From a candidate division WOR-3 bacterium (GTDB taxonomy: Bacteria; Hydrothermota; 32-111), in the NCBI GenBank assembly GCA_039804105.1, contig JBDRZU010000001.1, positions 608,001 to 672,000 on the forward strand: a stretch of DNA of 64,000 nucleotides, given 5' to 3'. Shown piece by piece: positions 58,656 to 64,000 of this stretch. Every line of letters begins with the position of its first letter. Position 1 is the first letter of the stretch. The translations under genes and the position numbers were made by a program. The notes beneath the pieces were generated by a model. It ran no database searches. It saw only the letters and a program-made list of their open reading frames with translations, and was not told where the DNA came from.

Positions 58656-59914
58656 AAACTCTTAAATATTTCTCTACCAAATTTTATATAGTCCTTCAAA
58701 ATCGGTGGAAAATCAAAATCATTATCATTTTGATACTTTTCTATTATCGCTATAACCGTTCGTGGTGTTGCAAGACCTGACCCATTTAATGTATGAACAA
58801 AAATATTTTTTCCTTCTTTATTTTTAAATCTTATCCTTCCTCTCCTTGCTTGAAAATCAAGAAAATTACTAACAGAGGAAACTTCCAAAAATTCTTTTGA
58901 ACCTTCTGCCCAAACTTCAATATCGTAAGTTTTTGATGAAGCAAAAGATGTGTCAAAATCAGGTAGAAGTATCACTCTGTAAGAAAGACCGAGAAGCACA
59001 AGAACCTTTTCAGCTTCTTCAAGCATTTCAAGGTGAGCGATTTTAGAATCCTCTGGTTTTGTAAATCTAACAAGTTCAACTTTATTGAATTGGTGCAACC
59101 TTTTCAGACCTTTTGTATCTTTCCCATAAGAACCTGCTTCCCTTCGAAAGCACGCTGAATATGCAACAAATTTTTTCGGAAGATCATTTTCATTTAAAAT
59201 TTCATCTTTAAAAATGTTTGTTACAGGGACTTCGGCTGTTGGTATCAAAAAAAGTTCATCATCTTTTAATCTGTACATATCCTCTTCAAGTTTTGGCAAC
59301 TGACCAGTAGAAAAGAGTGTATCATAATTAACAAGAAAAGGAGGGAAAATTTCCTTATATTTATGTTTGACTGTATGTAGATCCAACATGAAATTAATTA
59401 GGACTCTTTCAAGGTATGCCGCTTTTCCAAAATAAAGTGGGAAATGGGAAGCTGAAATTTTCGCTCCCCTTTTAAAATCTATTCCTTCATCTGATTGAAC
59501 GATATCAAGATATGATAATTTTTTTTCTTCAAAATTCCCAAATTCTTTTACAACTTTAAAAGTCGCCTTTTCACCTGCGGGGACCTCTTCATCAACTATA
59601 TTTGGGATCCATTTTAAAAGGTTAAATTCTTCTTCTTCAGTTTTTTTCAATTCCTCTTCAAATTCTTTTATCTTTAAAGATATCTCTTTTCCTTTTTCAA
59701 GGAGGGGATTTATATCCCCTCCTTCCTTTCTTATAGAAGAAACTTTCAAACTGTTTTTATTTTTTTCCTCTCTTAAGAGGTTCAGGGAGTTTATTAGATC
59801 CTTTCTTTTATTTATAACTTTAAAAAGGTAGTCAAAGTCAACTTTACATTTTTTTGCTGCAGAACATTTTTCAACAAATTCTCTGTTCGATAATATAAAC
59901 TCCCTGTCAAGCAT
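58652..59914 (-). CDS. serS: Serine--tRNA ligase
   Basis: MLD start with coiled arm, TGQLPK, LIPTAEVP, FRREAGSYGKDTKGLKRLHQFNKVE, EVSS.SN..DFQARR, HTLNGSGLA. Confidence 0.97.
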   Translation of the reverse strand: MLDREFILSNREFVEKCSAAKKCKVDFDYLFKVINKRKDLINSLNLLREEKNKNSLKVSSIRKEGGDINPLLEKGKEISLKIKEFEEELKKTEEEEFNLLKWIPNIVDEEVPAGEKATFKVVKEFGNFEEKKLSYLDIVQSDEGIDFKRGAKISASHFPLYFGKAAYLERVLINFMLDLHTVKHKYKEIFPPFLVNYDTLFSTGQLPKLEEDMYRLKDDELFLIPTAEVPVTNIFKDEILNENDLPKKFVAYSACFRREAGSYGKDTKGLKRLHQFNKVELVRFTKPEDSKIAHLEMLEEAEKVLVLLGLSYRVILLPDFDTSFASSKTYDIEVWAEGSKEFLEVSSVSNFLDFQARRGRIRFKNKEGKNIFVHTLNGSGLATPRTVIAIIEKYQNDNDFDFPPILKDYIKFGREIFKSL

Positions 59915-59923
59915 TCATACTCC

Positions 59924-62581
59924 TTATTTTTTCTTTAATTCACTCTGTGCAGCAGCAAGTCGTGCAATTGGAACTCTAAAAGGTGAACATGAAACATAAT
60001 CAAACCCATTTTTATTGAAGAAATCTATTGATGCTGGATCTCCCCCATGTTCTCCACAAACACCTATTTCAATATCAGAATTAACTTTTTTAGCGTCCTC
60101 AATTGCAATTTTTATCAACCTACCGACACCAACCTGATCAAGTGTCTGGAACGGATCATCTTTTAAAATCTTTTTATCTTCAATATAGGTCTTTAGAATT
60201 GGACCAACATCATCTCTTGAAAACCCTAATGTGGTTTGTGTTAAATCATTCGTTCCAAAGGAGAAGAAATCTGCTTCAGTTGCAATTTCAAAAGCAGTTA
60301 AAGCAGCTCTCGGTAACTCTATCATGGTTCCTATTAGAACTTTTAACTCCATTCCATATTCTTCAAAAACTTTTTTCATCGTGTTAACCACGACCTCTTT
60401 CTGTAACTGAAGTTCTTTAACATTACCAACAAGTGGAATCATTATTTCAGGTATTACCTTTTTTCCTTCCTTTGTTACTATACATGCTGCCTCAATGATA
60501 GCTCTTGTTTGCATTTCGGTTATTTCAGGGTATGTTATTCCCAGTCTGCAACCTCTATGTCCAAGCATTGGGTTCGCTTCTTTTAAACTTTCAATTTTCT
60601 GCTCAAGGACATCAACTGAAATTCCCATCTTTGAAGCTAAAATTTTTATCTGAGTTTCTTCTTTTGGTAAAAACTCATGCAATGGTGGATCAAGAGTTCT
60701 AATAACAACAGGGTACCCATCCATAGCCCTGAATATTCCTATAAAATCTTCCCTCTGCATTGGAAGTATTTTGTCAAGAGCCTTTTTCCTTTCCTCAGAT
60801 GTTGAGGAAAGTATCATCTGTCTCATCGCCTCTATTCTATCCTCACCAAAAAACATATGTTCGGTTCTGCAGAGTCCAATACCTTTTGCTCCAAAATTTC
60901 TTGCAGTTAAAGCATCCGATGGGGTATCAGCGTTTGCTCTTATCTCCAACCTTTTGAATTCATCCGTCAATTTCATTAAAGTTTCAAATTCATTTTTAAG
61001 TTCAGGTTTTACCTTGTTAACATTTCCTTCGATCACACGACCAGTTGACCCATCGATTGTGATAAAATCACCATCCTTCAAAACTTTATCCTTTATCTTC
61101 ATTATTCTTTTATCAAGATCAATTTCTATATCAGAACAACCTACAACGCATGGTTTTCCAAGGCCCCTTGCTACTACTGCCGCATGAGATGTCATTCCTC
61201 CCCTTGCAGTTAAAATACCATTACAGATATTCATTCCTACAATATCCTCAGGAGATGTCTCTTCTCTCACAAGGATAAGATCGTTTTCATTCTTTTTTCT
61301 TTCGACAGCTTCTTTTGCTGAAAAAACGATTCTTCCACTTGCAGCACCAGGAGATGCGGGCAAACCTTTTCCTAAAATATTAAGTTTTGCTTTCGGGTCT
61401 ATCATTGGGTGTAACATACCATCAACATCTTTTGGTGTAACCCTTAAAACAGCAGTCTTTTTATCAATTATTCCTTCTTCATAAAGGTTTATCGCTATCT
61501 TTATCGCTGCCTGTGGAGTTCTTTTCCCATTCCTTGTCTGAAGCATCCATAGTTTACCTTTTTCTATTGTAAACTCCATATCCTGCATATCTTTGTAATG
61601 TTTTTCAAGAAGGTTTCTATAACTTTCAAGTTCTTTATAAAGTTCTGGCATCAACTCTTCAAGTGTTTTTTGAGAATCATCAGTTTTCGAATTTTTGTTT
61701 ATTGGTTGTGGAGTTCTGATCCCAGCAACAACATCCTCACCCTGTGCATTTACGAGATACTCTCCATAAAAATAGTTTTCACCTGTTGAAGGGTTTCTTG
61801 TAAAAGCAACACCAGTTGCTGAATCATTACCCATATTTCCAAAAACCATCGACTGAACATTTACAGCTGTTCCCCAATCTTCAGGAATCTTTTCTATCTT
61901 TCTATATTCAATCGCTCTTTCATTGTTCCAAGATTTAAATACAGCTTCTATTGCACCCCACAATTGAACATTTACATCTTCAGGGAAATCTTTTCCTGTT
62001 TCCTTTTTAACAAGTTCTTTGTATAGTTTTACTATCTTTTTAAGGTCATCAACATCAAGTTCAACATCCTGAGTAACTCTCTTTTCTTTTTTCACCTTGT
62101 TCAATATCTCTTCAAAATGTTTATGTTCAACATGCAAAACAACATCACCATACATTTGAATAAATCTTCTGTAAGCATCATATGCAAACCTCTCGTTATT
62201 TGTGGATTTTGCAAGTCCTAAAACAGTTGTTTCGTTTAACCCTAAATTCAAAATTGTATCCATCATTCCAGGCATCGATGCGGGTGCACCTGATCTTACA
62301 GAAACAAGTAAAGGATTATTTTGATCTCCAAACTTTTTACCTAAAATTTCCTCCAACTTTTTCATATTTTTTTCAACATCTTTTTCAAGTCCATCTGGAT
62401 ATTTACCCCCAGTCTTTGTGAAATATGCACAAACTTCTGTTGTGATAGTAAAACCTGGAGGAACAGGTAATCCTAAAGATGCCATCTCTGCAAGGTTGGC
62501 TCCTTTCCCTCCCAGAAGCATTTTCATAGAAGCGTTGCCTTCTGTGACTCCTTTTCCAAAGAAGTAAATCATTTTTTCCAT
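59924..62581 (-). CDS. ppdK: Pyruvate, phosphate dikinase
   Basis: LGGKGANLAEM, SMPGMMDT, GEDVVAGIRTP, GGMTSHAAVVARG (phospho-His), GIGLCRTEHMF, SFGTNDLTQ. Confidence 0.98.
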   Translation of the reverse strand: MEKMIYFFGKGVTEGNASMKMLLGGKGANLAEMASLGLPVPPGFTITTEVCAYFTKTGGKYPDGLEKDVEKNMKKLEEILGKKFGDQNNPLLVSVRSGAPASMPGMMDTILNLGLNETTVLGLAKSTNNERFAYDAYRRFIQMYGDVVLHVEHKHFEEILNKVKKEKRVTQDVELDVDDLKKIVKLYKELVKKETGKDFPEDVNVQLWGAIEAVFKSWNNERAIEYRKIEKIPEDWGTAVNVQSMVFGNMGNDSATGVAFTRNPSTGENYFYGEYLVNAQGEDVVAGIRTPQPINKNSKTDDSQKTLEELMPELYKELESYRNLLEKHYKDMQDMEFTIEKGKLWMLQTRNGKRTPQAAIKIAINLYEEGIIDKKTAVLRVTPKDVDGMLHPMIDPKAKLNILGKGLPASPGAASGRIVFSAKEAVERKKNENDLILVREETSPEDIVGMNICNGILTARGGMTSHAAVVARGLGKPCVVGCSDIEIDLDKRIMKIKDKVLKDGDFITIDGSTGRVIEGNVNKVKPELKNEFETLMKLTDEFKRLEIRANADTPSDALTARNFGAKGIGLCRTEHMFFGEDRIEAMRQMILSSTSEERKKALDKILPMQREDFIGIFRAMDGYPVVIRTLDPPLHEFLPKEETQIKILASKMGISVDVLEQKIESLKEANPMLGHRGCRLGITYPEITEMQTRAIIEAACIVTKEGKKVIPEIMIPLVGNVKELQLQKEVVVNTMKKVFEEYGMELKVLIGTMIELPRAALTAFEIATEADFFSFGTNDLTQTTLGFSRDDVGPILKTYIEDKKILKDDPFQTLDQVGVGRLIKIAIEDAKKVNSDIEIGVCGEHGGDPASIDFFNKNGFDYVSCSPFRVPIARLAAAQSELKKK

Positions 62582-62622
62582 CTTATTAACCTCCTGATTT
62601 TTTGAAAATTTTTAAGAATTGT

Positions 62623-62651
62623 ATTTTATTATAAATAAAGATAAAAATCAA
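62623..62651 (-). promoter_or_regulatory. sigma70-type promoter for the ppdK operon
   Basis: TTGATT-N17-TAAAAT; leader with SD AGGAGG. Confidence 0.55.
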
Positions 62652-62671
62652 GTATTTTATTTCAATAAATG

Positions 62672-62699
62672 TTGACAAAATAGCAAAAAAAGATACTAT
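62672..62699 (+). promoter_or_regulatory. sigma70-type promoter for the SufS-like gene (likely leaderless)
   Basis: TTGACA-N16-TACTAT; ATG 6 nt downstream; no SD. Confidence 0.75.
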
Positions 62700-62705
62700 T
62701 CTTTT

Positions 62706-63971
62706 ATGAAAAACTATAAAAAATATTTTCCTTTTTTTAAACACAATCCTGAAAAAGTTTATCTTGATAGTGCATGTATGGGGTTAAAGCCCTACTCGAT
62801 GTTAAAAAGTATAAATGAATATTATCTTAAATATTCGATCTGTGCAGGAAGATCTTCTTATAAACTATCAAAAGATCTTGAAGAGAATCTTGATATATCA
62901 AGAGAAAAAATTGCAAAACTCATCAACGCAAAAAGCAAAAGAGAGATTGTCTGGACTAAAAACACCACAGAATCTATAAACCTTTTAGCAAAATCTTTCA
63001 AATTTAAAAATGATAAAAAAAGAGTTATCATAACAGAAAAAGAGCATAATTCAAACCATTGTATCTGGAAAGAGTTGAATAAAAGGGGTATTATAGAACT
63101 TACAATAATAGATGTTAACAAAGATAATACATTCAATCTCGAGATGCTTGAAGAAGAATTGAAAAAAGGCAATGTCGCTTTAGTATCAACGGTTCACATT
63201 TCAAATCTCGATGGGATCGAAAACCCTATAAAAAAAATCTCAGAGTTGACACATAAATACGGAGCTTACCTTTTGATCGATGCAGCACAATCCGTTCCAC
63301 ATACAAAGGTTGATGTTTCAAACAATTTAATAGATTTTCTCGCGTTTTCAATACATAAACTATATGGACCAACAGGGCTTGGAGTATTGTATGTGAAAAG
63401 TGAATTGTTCGATAAACTCGACCTTTACAATGTTGGCGGAGACACCATCAGAAATACTTTTATCGATAAGGACCCAGAGTATAGAACATACCCTTATAAA
63501 TATGAAGCAGGACTTGCTGATTTTTCTGGGATATACAGTGTTTCATCAGTTGTTGATTTCATAAACAATATTGGTTATGAAAATATAGAAGAAAGAATAA
63601 ATATCTTGAACAACAGATTCAGAAAATTTTTAAAACAGTTTGATGAAATTAAGATAATTGGTGATATCGAACCAGAAAATAAAGTAAAAGGTATCACAAC
63701 ATTTTTTATAAAAAAGTTTACAAGATTTTCTGAAAATGAACCAACAATAGGAGAAAAACTTGATAAGAAATATAACATACTCTTAAGAACAGGATTTTTC
63801 TGTGTTAATCCATATTTTGATAACAGGGAAAAAAAAGGTGAAATTAATCCCTTATATTACCCTGCAATAAGAGTATCTTTTGGTTTTTACAACGATGAAG
63901 AGGATCTCGAAAAACTTGAAAAAAGTATAAAATGTATTTTAAAATCTCTTAAAGGTTGGCCAACATTATGA
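62706..63971 (+). CDS. Class V PLP aminotransferase / SufS-like cysteine desulfurase
   Basis: YLDSA, TKNTTESIN, EHNSN, IDAAQSVPH, FSIHKLYGPTG (PLP Lys), RTGFFC, RVSFGFYN. Confidence 0.85.
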   Translation: MKNYKKYFPFFKHNPEKVYLDSACMGLKPYSMLKSINEYYLKYSICAGRSSYKLSKDLEENLDISREKIAKLINAKSKREIVWTKNTTESINLLAKSFKFKNDKKRVIITEKEHNSNHCIWKELNKRGIIELTIIDVNKDNTFNLEMLEEELKKGNVALVSTVHISNLDGIENPIKKISELTHKYGAYLLIDAAQSVPHTKVDVSNNLIDFLAFSIHKLYGPTGLGVLYVKSELFDKLDLYNVGGDTIRNTFIDKDPEYRTYPYKYEAGLADFSGIYSVSSVVDFINNIGYENIEERINILNNRFRKFLKQFDEIKIIGDIEPENKVKGITTFFIKKFTRFSENEPTIGEKLDKKYNILLRTGFFCVNPYFDNREKKGEINPLYYPAIRVSFGFYNDEEDLEKLEKSIKCILKSLKGWPTL

Positions 63972-64000
63972 AAAAGAATCAACTGAAAAAATATCTTATA
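63968..64000 (+). CDS. 5' fragment of the next gene (runs off the window)
   Basis: ATGA overlap with the upstream stop; MKKNQLKKYLI, open to the edge. Confidence 0.45.
   Translation, partial: MKKNQLKKYLI

Noticed and set aside
1957..63778. Other short ORF-track entries overlapping called genes (e.g. 1957-2250, 13028-13528, 38478-39029, 60771-61187)
   Set aside because: Nested in or antisense to well-supported genes; no recognisable motifs
1..64000. CRISPR arrays, tRNA/rRNA, riboswitches, IS elements
   Set aside because: Intergenic spaces are all under ~155 nt, AT-rich and mostly filled by promoters; no spaced repeats, cloverleafs or transposases seen by eye (no covariance search run)

Overview
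AT-rich, gene-dense bacterial chromosome segment, apparently from a diderm anaerobe (TamA/BamA-TamB, OmpA, GWxTD proteins, pyruvate:ferredoxin oxidoreductase, PPDK). The gene mix suggests an FCB-associated or uncultured candidate lineage, but this is inference only. About 57 CDSs fall into long, tightly packed operons. In order: rpsU-cvpA-mutS2; a Wzm/Wzt + glycosyltransferase cluster; dapB-dapL-lysC-asd-GWxTD x2-nadB-hpf-hprK-PTS IIA/IIB-MCP; porGDAB-mglB-mglA; rlmN; a GIDE/EF-hand membrane protein + LemA; CYTH-neuB; a ~19.5 kb 15-gene minus-strand unit (MBL hydrolases, xerD, a 1310-aa orphan coiled-coil protein, neuA, Wzc, nucleotide-sugar enzymes and an SxtI/J/K-like carbamoyltransferase triad); an MFS transporter; ppdK-serS-spoIID-tamA-tamB; and a SufS-like enzyme. 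I found no rRNA, tRNA, CRISPR array or mobile element. Highlights are: six back-to-back sigma70-type promoter pairs, mostly with 16-bp spacers, with 9 of 12 apparently giving leaderless mRNAs; a probable AUU start for the Omp85 gene; a giant ATPase-less coiled-coil protein; a permease-less PTS relay coupled to an orphan chemoreceptor that converges on MglAB; and convergent gene ends with no room for terminators.
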